Assembly (NCBI RefSeq): GCF_001194135.2
Contig: NC_068981.1
Span: 66,302,688-66,354,909 of the forward strand
From: Octopus bimaculoides
Lineage: Eukaryota
DNA: 52,222 bases
Direction of reading: 5' to 3'
Positions 11,672 through 22,270 of the stretch are shown here, in pieces. How positions within the stretch are numbered: the stretch's first letter is position 1; each line of letters begins with the position of its first letter. The position numbers were made by a program, and so were the translations under genes. The notes below the pieces were generated by a model. The model was not told the origin of the DNA. It saw nothing but the letters and a program-made list of their open reading frames with translations, and ran no database searches.

Positions 11672-13091
11672 TTAGAGCCAACGTATGAAAAAATGACATG
11701 AAAAGTGAAATGAAAAATGAAATGAAGCCACTCTGCCCCACTTCATAGCAGTTCCCACTAGAATATCGATTCCAAATTCTTCCACCACTTCCTCATATGT
11801 CATATACTGCGGTAATACGCCCCAATCTAGTTTCACCTCCCAACACCTATATCCGCTTTTATAACTTAATTTTTCTTTCTGTTCATCCGAGCACAACGCG
11901 CAACTGTGCCATCCCTTTATGTTGTCAAAACTCGTTGTTCCAACTGCTTTAAAATCTTCCCAAGATAACACTTCTTTACACAGTTTTTAATTTGCGTCAT
12001 TATACATTACTGCGTGGCATATTTTTCTTTTTTTTTTTCTGTCTCGGGGGAGGGAGTTTGGGAGTTCTTGTCTGTTTGTACATATTTCTGTGTCAGAGTG
12101 GGATGGGCAGGTTTGGTGTCTGTAGGGGAGGATAGGTCGAAGAGGGTGTGGATGGGTGCTGGGTGGTTATGGGGCCTAATGTTTTTTCTTTTTCTCTTGT
12201 TCCTTTTCCATATTGTTTCCCGTTCGTTGTCTGTTTCTTTCTTCTCTACTTCTGTTGATATTTTTTTCCTCCTTATTTTCTTGCTCTTTCTAAGGCTCTT
12301 CCTCTTGTATCACCTCCGTCTTTTTGGTCGGTGAAGGGCAATCCGCTCTGAGGTGGTCCTTCAGGCCACATTTAAAGCATCGAGGGGTTCTTCTCTCCAC
12401 CCTGACTCTCATTATCACGTCGTCATGTTTTTTAGGGTTTTGGTTGAACCTTGAATAATTATATCCAGTATCTGTCTCTTCCATATAACACTCTACGTTT
12501 TTGTGGCCTGGAGAACCGCTATGTTGTCTTCATTTCCCAGAAGGACAGCGGCTGCTTACCAGGCCACATCTATCTCTGGCGGAATTCCCTCAACCCTAAC
12601 TCTGGTCGCACGTTGTCCACGGTAAGCAGGCAAAAGCACCGCTTCCTCCTTCTTAATGGTAGTCGCTGCATGCCTTTTTGCTGTTGCCGCGTCCTTGAAT
12701 CTCACCTCCACTACTCCGAACTTAGTACCTCTCACAAGGCACACAATTTCATGTCATATTGGTCTTAACGCTTTCTCTATTTGACGCGTGGTCATGACGT
12801 TAATTTTTCCTTCAATTATGGAAAATGTTTTGTACAAAATTGTTCTTTTTTTTTATATATTATTAAGCGTCTCTTTTGGTGGGGGGACAATTTCACGCCA
12901 GATCCATCCCGACTTAATAAATTTTTGTAATTTTCAAATTCTCCAATATTAATATCATTTTCCTGGCACTTTGCCACATCCGCAAAGTTTCTCCTTTCTT
13001 TATTTAATTTTCTGTCCATTTTCTTGACCATTTTCAAAAATTCTTCCTCTGAAGACGACATATCTGAAAAGCTGAAGTCTTCTTCAGACAT
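11672..13091 (-). pseudogene. L1/Tx1-like ORF1 with CCHC zinc knuckle, broken by frameshifts
   Basis: Likely ATG at 13091 (MSEEDFSF). Segments GTKFGVVEVRF...RVRVEGIPPEIDVAW (RRM-like, inferred) and RRTPRCFKCGLKDHLRADCP (exact Cx2Cx4Hx4C). Confidence 0.75.
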
Positions 13092-13232
13092 CTTTTTCAC
13101 TAAGCCAACCTCCTCTTTGAGGAGGGGAAGCACAAACAAATTGCTGCAAAGCAGCACAAAAACAATTAACAAAGTGTTTAAAACACTGATACAAAAACAA
13201 AACGATGTGAACACTATGAAAACACCGTCAAA

Positions 13233-13248
13233 AATGACTCACGTCATT
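13233..13248. promoter_or_regulatory. Overlapping AP-1 (TGACTCA) and CRE half-site (ACGTCA) palindrome near the element 5' end
   Basis: aatgac-tcac-gtcatt, about 15 bp inside the 5' boundary of 11592-13262; function untested. Confidence 0.3.
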
Positions 13249-13278
13249 GAAAAACAACGGAAGCGTGCTAACGATTCT

Positions 13279-13438
13279 TATTTCTTTATTGCTCACAAAG
13301 GGCTAAACATAGAGGGGACAAACAAGGACAGACAAAGGTATTAAGTCGATTACATCGACCTCAGTGCGTAACTGGTACTTAATTTATCGACCCCGAAAGG
13401 ATGAAAGTGTGCTAACGATTCTACCAGCTCACCGCCTT
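13279..13438 (-). mobile_element. SINE A head (13409-13438) followed by a 5'-truncated SINE A copy with LINE-like tail (13279-13408)
   Basis: Identical 14-bp direct repeats at 13409-13422 and 13265-13278 flank the truncated copy. Confidence 0.8.
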
Positions 13439-14454
13439 TTACACGGGGAATTTCACAGAGAGGTGACTGTATATATGGAGACTCGTCGATGATATACTAT
13501 TTTTCTAATCCCATAGAAAGACTTAAACTTAGCAGCACAAACTAGCAAAACGTAAACCTATTGTACTGTATTTGACTGCATAAGGACTTCACATAGTCAT
13601 TGTATCTATTTTATATAAAAGTAATAAAACACCGTATTTCAAAATGATTCTGTCCCTTTGGAGCCTCATTAGGTAGTACTTAATACCCCAATATATCAGA
13701 CTGAATTGTTTGATCTACAGTTGAAGCTGCTTCTGTGGCAGCAACATCAGTTGCTGCTTTTCTTCCTTTTTATTTTTACTTATTATCTTAGGTGCCTCAG
13801 ATACGCTAGGCTACCGCCCTCATCATGCACACCTTGTTCAATCGTAATCAAGCCACATACTTGCGCTTGCTGAAGTTTGGAAGTTCCTTCCTGCCTGTTG
13901 CATCATGTCTTTCCCGTAAAGTTTTTGTCATTTCAGACATTGTCTCTCAATACAGCAAAGAGACACGCGCCTATGATACGATGTGTCTACTGCCTACACC
14001 TGTCTATAGTACAGCTTTTAGAGCAGATGCTAGGCTAGTGTCGCTAATATTTTACTTGATTTCATATCGTTTTTTGCAACGTTTACCACCATGAGATGGC
14101 AGCGTGAAATAAAGAACCAAAACTGCAGCTGATACTGTTTTGCTAGTTCTTGTTGCTATTGTTACGCAATCAATTCCTGTTTCTATTCTTCTCCACTTAT
14201 TCCAAGTATTGATTTCTTCTTTTGAAAGTGGTTTTAAGTGTGACAGAAGGATAGTGATATGACAGAGCAGGACTTCTTGTGAACATATATAAGTTGCCAT
14301 TTCTCTTTCACATATATAAACTGCTACATATAATATATACGTTGCCGCGAACAGATGACATTCACCCAAGTCAACGAAACTCCTGTATCATCGTTACTTA
14401 CATCAAGTTCCTACACGAACTCACGAGAGAGAGAGCTTCTGTGCAGTCACTCTA

Positions 14455-14541
14455 CCAGCTAGAAAAAGCAGTCAAGTCTTTCTCCAGCTAGAAAAAGCAG
14501 TCAAGTCTTTCTCCAGCTAGAAAAAGCAGTCAAGTCTTTCT
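14455..14541. repeat. Three perfect tandem copies of a 29-bp unit
   Basis: ccagctagaaaaagcagtcaagtctttct at 14455, 14484 and 14513. Confidence 0.95.
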
Positions 14542-15984
14542 TTCATCGCACCTTAAAGAAGGAAGCACGGGCCTGAAAAAAGGATCAGAGATTACCTGAT
14601 GGCTAAGCAACTATGGCAACAACAACTACCAAGTTACATAATTTATTTAGAGTTATCTGCCCATTGCGTGTCATATTACAATTCGCTTCTCTTCATCTGA
14701 ATACACATATGAAACGTCTTAATGGCGTTTAAGTTTCTCATCTGTTTTGCCTTTGTTTTGCAGTCCTTGGTGTTGCGGAACGACAATTCTTCACCTGTTG
14801 CTACGTATCAGTGGCTGCAGCTAATATTTCGGTTCTCTTAATATCTGTGACCACCCCCATCCCAACCAACCACACACTCCACACGAGCACAAAAGATCGA
14901 TGACTAGTCTGTTGTTTCGGAGTAGTAGCATCGTTCTGTCTTCAAGTGCTGGATCGGCTTCAGCCTTCAGCGATGACGACCGACTGACTGTAATAGCATA
15001 TGTAAAATAGCTTCAGCCCCGGTTAGCTGTAGGGCTATGACAAACATTTACAACCATCTTCATCTGTAAGTACAGATCCCATCTGCCAAGCTGGAGTGTT
15101 ATACTCAAGCACTCCTCTTTCAATTGATGCTCATGTTGATGATGATGTTGTTATTGTTCTTGCAATTGGCTACAACAAATTCGATTACTTCTACTGTTGC
15201 TGGTCTTGCTGATACTATTGTTATTTCTAATATAAACATTATTATTATTTTGCTTTAATTGTTCGACTAAACTCATTGTAGTTGCCTTTTAATGTTATAT
15301 TGATTTTCGTCGCCGATTAAAATATCTGATTGATCTCAGTTGATTACATATATTTATGTATACGAGTGTGTCAATGTGTATGCATGCTATTGTATGAGAA
15401 TATTTGTGTGTGCTTGTCTCAATACCAATGATAATGAATGCAGTAGCTGTACCGTGATTTCCATTTCGTCGGCTCTAGGTTAATGAGTTCAAATTCAGTA
15501 AGGTCAGGTTTGTCTTTCATCTTTCTACAGAATACATTCAAGAAACAGAGTATTCTATATACAATCTCCCTGCTGACAAAATTGTCTTATAACCTAAGAA
15601 AGAAATCATGTTTGTATGCATTTCTTCTTATTTTTAGTACTTCATGTTTGGGAACAAGGTAATGTAATCAGAGACTCTCAAATTAAAGAATAATGATAAT
15701 TAGGTGAGATTTTATGTTTTTATCCATCGCTTATTCAAAGGAGGAAGGCTAGATCCCATAACAATTTTGCGAGGCCTTCGAGACTGATACAAAAAAGTGA
15801 AGACGAAATCGCATCGCATGGATTGTTGAAAATGGATGGAAACAGTGCAACTCGGCCGAGTTATTCTCAGACTATAGAGCTTGTCCGAATGCTTGCAACA
15901 GAGTGGCCTCTACTAAAAGCACCCAAATATTGAAACCAGACGGTGGGTTAACTCTGCTACAGGAAAACTGCAATTCATCCAGTG

Positions 15985-16135
15985 GGTTTCTTCAGTTTTC
16001 ATCTACCTATTTCACTCACAAAGCTTGGATCAAATCAAAGCTATGGTAAAAAAAAAAATACCTGCAAAGATACCTCGTAGTGGGATCGAAAATGGAACAA
16101 TGTAACGGTCAATTGAAAATCCTAACTTCACGATC
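15985..16135 (-). mobile_element. Degenerate SINE family B head
   Basis: ttcagttttcatctacctatttcactcacaaagct...gtagtgggatcgaa matches 10595-10740 and 39843-39999. Confidence 0.6.
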
Positions 16136-17346
16136 ATAATATAACTTATGTTCAGCATGAATTTTTGAATATTAGTGATTGCCATTTATGAGAAAAGAAA
16201 ATCTGGCGGGTTGAAAAGCTTAGATAAAGTATTTGTTATGATGTTCAAGAAATGAAATGGAATGGAGGTGATAGTGAAAGTGATGTATGTGCATCCGGGT
16301 GGATTCAATTTCAGCAAATATGGATCACAGTAGTAAAAATAAAAAGAAGAAATATTCACAATTACCATATGCACAATTGCAGTTACGAAAAAGTATCAAA
16401 TACTTAAATTAGATTATTTTGGCCTTGCGAGGATGGGGTGGTTGGGAGGTGGTTAAATAAAATGTTGGTAGAGGTGAATAGAATCGTGGCAGTCTACAGA
16501 TGGTGGATTTACTAGTTTTGCGTTTTTAAATGTCTTTACCACAGAATAAAAATCGATGTCATGTAAACTAGCTGCTAGTTACCGTACACCTAGAAGGATG
16601 CCTAATTGGGTGTGATTATAACTAGGGATGCACCGTTCACGTACATGTTGAAAACTGTGCGGATCCTTTAAATAAACGAGCAATCAGGCTCTGACTGAAA
16701 ATATCCAAATTTTTTCAGCTTCTTTACGCATATAACCATATTTTCAAAGAAAACAGTTTTTCCCCTTTTTTTCTTATAAATTGTGTTAAACACTGGTAAA
16801 CTAGTTATGTTTTGTAATTTAACATTCAACTAATTTGTTTGAGGGTGAATGGTAATTAAATTTTGTTACAAGATGTGTATCAAATATAAAATTTGAGGAG
16901 CTCTGATTTAAGTGCAAGTATAGGTTCATAGATATAACATGTGTCCCTCTAGTGGTAGATAACAGTTGCATAATATACTCGCTTGAGAAACCGTCCCTGA
17001 ATTTGACTGCGGAGGCTTCAGCTCCAAATTAGCACCAGCTACACAGTTTACAAAGAGAATAATTTGCTGTATTTATTGTAATACGGATGTGATAGTATTG
17101 AGTGTTTACTGCAGACCAACATTCAGAGCAAATATTAATCCTCTTGATGGACATGAATGCAGTAACATTAATAATCTGAAGTGCAGGTGCTACAGCCTGT
17201 TTCACTTATTTCCTATCAAATATGGAGCAGTTAAACAATTAATATGCCAAATTAAATACAGTTAGTCAAGATACAAGCAGTCGCACGCAAGTTCATTAAC
17301 ACTGTAAGGAAGTACAGACGTGTCAAAAAGCTCTGAAACGAAACAC

Positions 17347-17491
17347 TTATTTCTTTATTACCCACAAGGGGCTACACACAGAGAGGACAGACAAGGACAG
17401 ACAAACGGATTAAGTCGATTATATCGACCCCAGTGCGTAACTGGTACTTATTTAATCAACCCCGAAAGGGTGAAAGGCAAAATCGACCTCG
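17347..17491 (-). mobile_element. 5'-truncated SINE A with LINE-like tail, not inside another SINE
   Basis: Tail ...gccccttgtgggtaataaagaaataa matches 13279-13408 and 19140-19195; flanks lack the SINE-head target. Confidence 0.8.
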
Positions 17492-18059
17492 ACCTTTCTC
17501 TTTATAAATGTCCTAGAAATCTCACACTGCCTTGGCTTTGTTGTCACATTTTATTTAACATATACATGCTCACACACGACCCGCATTAGACTTTTCACTC
17601 ACACTATTATTAAAACGGGAGTATAACTACGGTCCTTCCGTAGCACTTACATAGCCTTACCTGCCATGTTGGGTCTTCTGGATACCAACACCTCTCATAT
17701 GTGTGTGTGTGTATTGTGTTTTGTTAAGTTCCTAGCCTGCATTGTTCTAAACTTTTAGAAATATTTATCTCATCTACGCAATGCTTCAAGCGAATTACAG
17801 TATTCTTATATTTGCGTGCGCGTGTGTGTACATACATACCTATGCACATGTATGTGTGTGCATAAGTATCAGAGAATGTAGGTAGGTATCAGAGAATATA
17901 GGTGTATATCTGCACCAACGACATTTTAAATCATGTGGAGTCGACTCAGTCTTTCATTAAATACTTTCGACTCCAGCTAAATGTATTGAATGGTATTTGC
18001 TTTCCTTTATTGCTATTCACATATGTGTGAATGCCAAGGAATGTGAGTGTGTGCGTGTG

Positions 18060-18114
<55 letters not shown>

Positions 18115-18963
18115 ATGATATGTAGACAGGTAGGAAGGTGGGTAGGTATAATGAACGTGACAAAATTATAAACGATCTGTACGTAAAAGAAAAATCAATC
18201 ATTAGAAAATTGAGAGAACACAATTTTGGATAATTAGCATGTTGTCATTGGTGATGAAGGAAATGTCGAGAGCAAGAAGACGACGGTGAAAAGCAGACAC
18301 TACACATTCCTAAAATAAAAAGATATTTCCAAATATTATTTTAATTTTGCATTTCGAATGGATGGACTTAATGACAACGACGACGACGACGACGACGATA
18401 AATAGAAGGAGAATAGAAAGAGCAGTGGGAAAAGAAGGTAATAATAGAATAATAGTTGTTTCAGTTAAAGGAAAATATCATTTTGATATTAGTGTTGTTG
18501 AAGTTGTTGAATTGGCATTGTTATTGATATTGTTATTGAGATTGTTGTTTGATGATTGAAGCTAATTCTTGTGGAAAAGACTCAAGAAAAATTTCTAGCC
18601 AGTCATACACATTCACATATATCAACACTTAAACAAAGACGCGTGTATATATGTGTGTTGCCTCTTTCACTATTACTCTCTAACGAAAGAGGTTAATAGC
18701 GAGAGGAATAGCTAGAGGGAATTATTGATTTCTGGTGTAGTCACAAGATTTCAAGCAAATGACTCTATTTCTTGATTGATACTTTATTTTTTCAAAATCG
18801 TATTTGAGCTTGGCGTAATTTGAACGCAGAACTTAAAGGACCGTAACTAAATGCTGTAGAGCATTTTGCCCGACTTTCTGTCGAACTGATTTCCTACAGA
18901 CATACAAGACTAAGAATTTTGTGTAGAAAGGAAACATGATTATATCGAACTCAGTACTTCGGT

Positions 18964-19380
18964 AAGGCGGAGAACTGGCAGAAACGTTAGCACGCCGAGC
19001 GAAATGCTAAGCGGCATTTCGTCTGAGTTACTTTCTGAGTTCAAATTCCACCGAAGTCGACTTTGCCTCTCATCCTATCGGGGCCGATAAATCAAGTACC
19101 AGTTACGCACTGCAGTCGATGTAATCGACTTAATCCCTTTGTCTGTCCTTGTTTATCCCCTCTATGTTTAGCCCCTTGTGGGCAGTAAAGAAATAAGAAA
19201 CGTTAGCACGCCGAGCGAAATGCTAAGTGGTATTTCGTATGTCTTTACGTTCTGAGTTTAAATTCCGCCTTTCATCCTTTCGAGGTCGATAAATTAAGAA
19301 CCAGTTGCGTATAGGGGGCGATCTAATCGACTGGCCCCCTCCCCAAAAATTTTGGGGCCTTGTGCCTAGAGTAGAAAAGA
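18964..19380 (+). mobile_element. SINE A dimer: tailed copy inside or tandem to a second copy
   Basis: 32-bp identical direct repeat agaaacgttagcacgccgagcgaaatgctaag at 18980-19011 and 19196-19227; LINE-like tail at about 19140-19195. Confidence 0.85.
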
Positions 19381-19975
19381 ACTCAGTACTTCGGTGGGAC
19401 TTACTTTTACGGACCATGGAAGTATGAAAAGTAATGTTAATTCCCGTAGGATCTGAACTCTGAACTCGAAGATCAGGAACAAATACTGCATGACATTTCC
19501 TCCAAAGCTCTAACGATTATTGAAACAGAAAAAGAAATCATTAACGAAATCGATAGAAATAGTCAGTGAAAGAGCAGGAGGCGGAGTTACAGAAGGACTG
19601 GTGCTATTTAGCCCAAGCTCAGCTCTGAGTAAGCAAACCTATAATCAAAAGCATTCCAACCGTGACTATCCGTTTTGTTTTGTTTTTGTGGGGGAGTAGT
19701 GGGAGGATGAATTATGTAGAACTACGTTGACTATTATCCTTTCTTTCTTTAAGTCGTTAGGAGGAGGGTTTGGCAACCATTTCTAGTAGGTCAAGAGATT
19801 ATGCAGTGTCTTGCTGGTAAACTTTTCGATATTGCTTTCAAGTGGATAAGATGATACGCAACAGAGTAAAACAGGATCTATTTTGTAACAAATTATGTTA
19901 TTTATGCCTGTTGATCCTCTTTAACGCCATATGTTGTAACTAATATTTGTGAACCATTTCACAAACATCTATTCG

Positions 19976-20049
19976 TTGGACATTAACCACCTTGGACATT
20001 AACCACCTTGAACATTAACCACCTTAGACATTAACCACCTTGGACATTA
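19976..20049. repeat. 16-bp tandem repeat, about 4.6 copies (TTGGACATTAACCACC)
   Basis: Units at 19976, 19992, 20008, 20024, partial at 20040; single substitutions in units 3 and 4. Confidence 0.95.
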
Positions 20050-21169
20050 TAATTTCAAAGAGAAATGCAACAGATCAAACATTTTGGAATAAACAGATAT
20101 AAAATGCTTGTATATTCGACTTCTCAGCGTTTGTATTTTATTGTCCAAGTTATATCTAAATATAGTTCAAGGAGGATTGTTCTCGATGCTGATCACTGAA
20201 TAAAGTAAATACCTTTCTACAACAGCCTGTCTTCGTATCAAGTAAGGAAAGTTTGTGTAGCAGTTTTTAAAAGCTGTTCCTCGTGAACAGTCGTCTGTCG
20301 CATAACAATGACAATATAAGTTATAACTTAAATAGATTTCCCAAACTACTGTTGTTGGAGATATCAGACGCGGTTTTGCACAAATCTTTCTCAAACCACC
20401 CTTCCGCTTTGAAAAAAAGAATACATTAGAGAGCACAGTATTAGATGCACAGTTATTGAAACAAAATATATGACAGGGTGGTCACTTCTAGATTGCTTTT
20501 GATCAAGGCTCACCTGGAGATAAACAACAAGAAACAACAACGACAAGAAATCTTTCTCCGACGAAAGATTCTTCTCGACGTTTTCTCCTCGGAGCAAAAT
20601 TATTTGTTACACTTTATGAACATTTCGTATTGTTATGTATTTATGTGTCGCTAGTTTACTCAATTGAAATGATCCTGAGAACTTTATTTTAGGTTTAATT
20701 CAATAGTGTTCAGTTGGTGCTCTATGACTCATCGAATTTACACTGTAGATAGTGACTCTTCCATCTGTATCTTGCTGTTTGCGACTTTGTATAGCACTCT
20801 ACGGTTATGTACAACTCTATTATTAATCGGGAAAAAATATTTGGTCCATACCAGCTTGATGACCGGGAATCTCCGGTCCCTTTTTCACAAATATCTTCCA
20901 ATTCAATACTTAATATATTTCTTTTGATAATACTTTTGTTTACACTTTGGCTCTCGAAAGTCAAACGCCAGTCATGATGTGAGTGGTCTGTTCTTCCACG
21001 CCTTGCTGCTAATATTATTGCTTCTCTGTTTCTAGTCACATTTTGTATTCTTTTTAACCTAATTTTCTGCTCAAATAGTAGGTGTACTTCCCAGCTGGCA
21101 TTAACTTTTGCCTTTTCTCTTGATTGTTACTTCTCTTCTGTAAGTGAAGATCCTGGTTTCGCTTCTCGA

Positions 21170-21335
21170 ACTGGAGGTTACATTGTGTTCTTCAGCAAAA
21201 CACTTCATTTCACGTTGCTCCAGTCCACTCAGCTGTAAATGATTAACCCTCCCTGCAACAGACTGGCGTCCCATTCTATCTTGGTCACTTATACTCCGTG
21301 GGAACCTCGCAACCGGACCTATGAGTCCTAGCAGA
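21170..21335 (+). mobile_element. SINE body fragment
   Basis: ttgtgttcttcagcaaaacacttcatttcacgttgctccagtccactcagctgtaaatg...gactggcgtcccattc resembles a conserved SINE central domain. Confidence 0.45.
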
Positions 21336-21949
21336 CAACACTATAATGTCCAGGAACATATCTTTCTTCTGTGCTTCCTTAAAAAACAATTCCTCATTTT
21401 TCCATGATTTTCGCGAGTTCATGAATTTGTAGAGATTCCATGTAACTCTTGTTGTTTTCAGTTATTGAAAATCAAGCTAACATATGTAACTTGCTCCTGC
21501 TGATAATCTGAAGAAACGTGGAGATGTAGCGATTGCAGACAACTGAAATCAAAAGCATATATTGATGATTAATAAGATATATATATATACTAACTGTGCT
21601 GAATAGAGGTAATAAACCGTCTTTACGATACAGATACTATTTTCATTTGAGTTATTTCATTTCACTTATTTTTTGTATCTCTCACTTACGTTTTTCTTCA
21701 TACCTCTTGGAATGTGATGTAAGTATGCCATAAACCTTATTAGGATGAGGATAGCATCGAAATCTCTTCTCGCTAGAACTTCGGAATTAACGTCATCTAA
21801 TGGAGTTCACCCCACTCTAAGCCATTAGCAACAGCTATAAATCGCTGGTGTGGGAGGAAAGTGACGTAAAATATAATAGAACTTATGCAGCAGATTTAAC
21901 CTGCAGGGAAGTTTAGTTCAATCTTGATTGTTAACAAAATACGTACATG

Positions 21950-21986
21950 CGTATGCATGTATGTATGTATGTATGTATGTATGTGT

Positions 21987-22042
<56 letters not shown>

Positions 22043-22211
22043 GTCCGTTAAATAGTTATTTTGCCTGTTTACTTTAAGCGGACAATAGGTTGTATTCATA
22101 TCGTTTATAATTTCCCCAGAAGAGATTTTCAAATAAATATTTCTAGATGCATCGACGTTATACAGGTTTCATATAAATGTATGTGCGTGTATGTATAATG
22201 TATATATACGC

Positions 22212-22267
<56 letters not shown>

Positions 22268-22270
22268 ACA
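21950..22270. repeat. (TATG)n, (GT)n and (TA)n microsatellite cluster
   Basis: Directly visible. Confidence 0.9.

Larger units (their letters stand above)
11592..13262 (-). mobile_element. ORF1-only (HAL1-like) L1/Tx1-type non-autonomous retroelement, 1671 bp
   Basis: Flanked by 16-bp direct repeats (11576-11591 and 13263-13278, 15/16 identical); contains a decayed gag-like ORF1; ends in aataaaaaaatt with no room for ORF2. Confidence 0.75.

Noticed and set aside
13800-14070. Possible RTE/CR1 fragment on the minus strand
   Set aside because: Similarity to LLYGSETW-type motifs is too eroded to support.
14455-14541. 29-bp repeats as a CRISPR array
   Set aside because: Units are contiguous with no spacers, there are no cas genes, and the DNA is eukaryotic.
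17115-17186. Possible 72-bp symmetric exon PTFRANINPLDGHECSNINNLKC
   Set aside because: Weak donor (GTGCTA), short pyrimidine tract and no homology; only spliced reads could rescue it.
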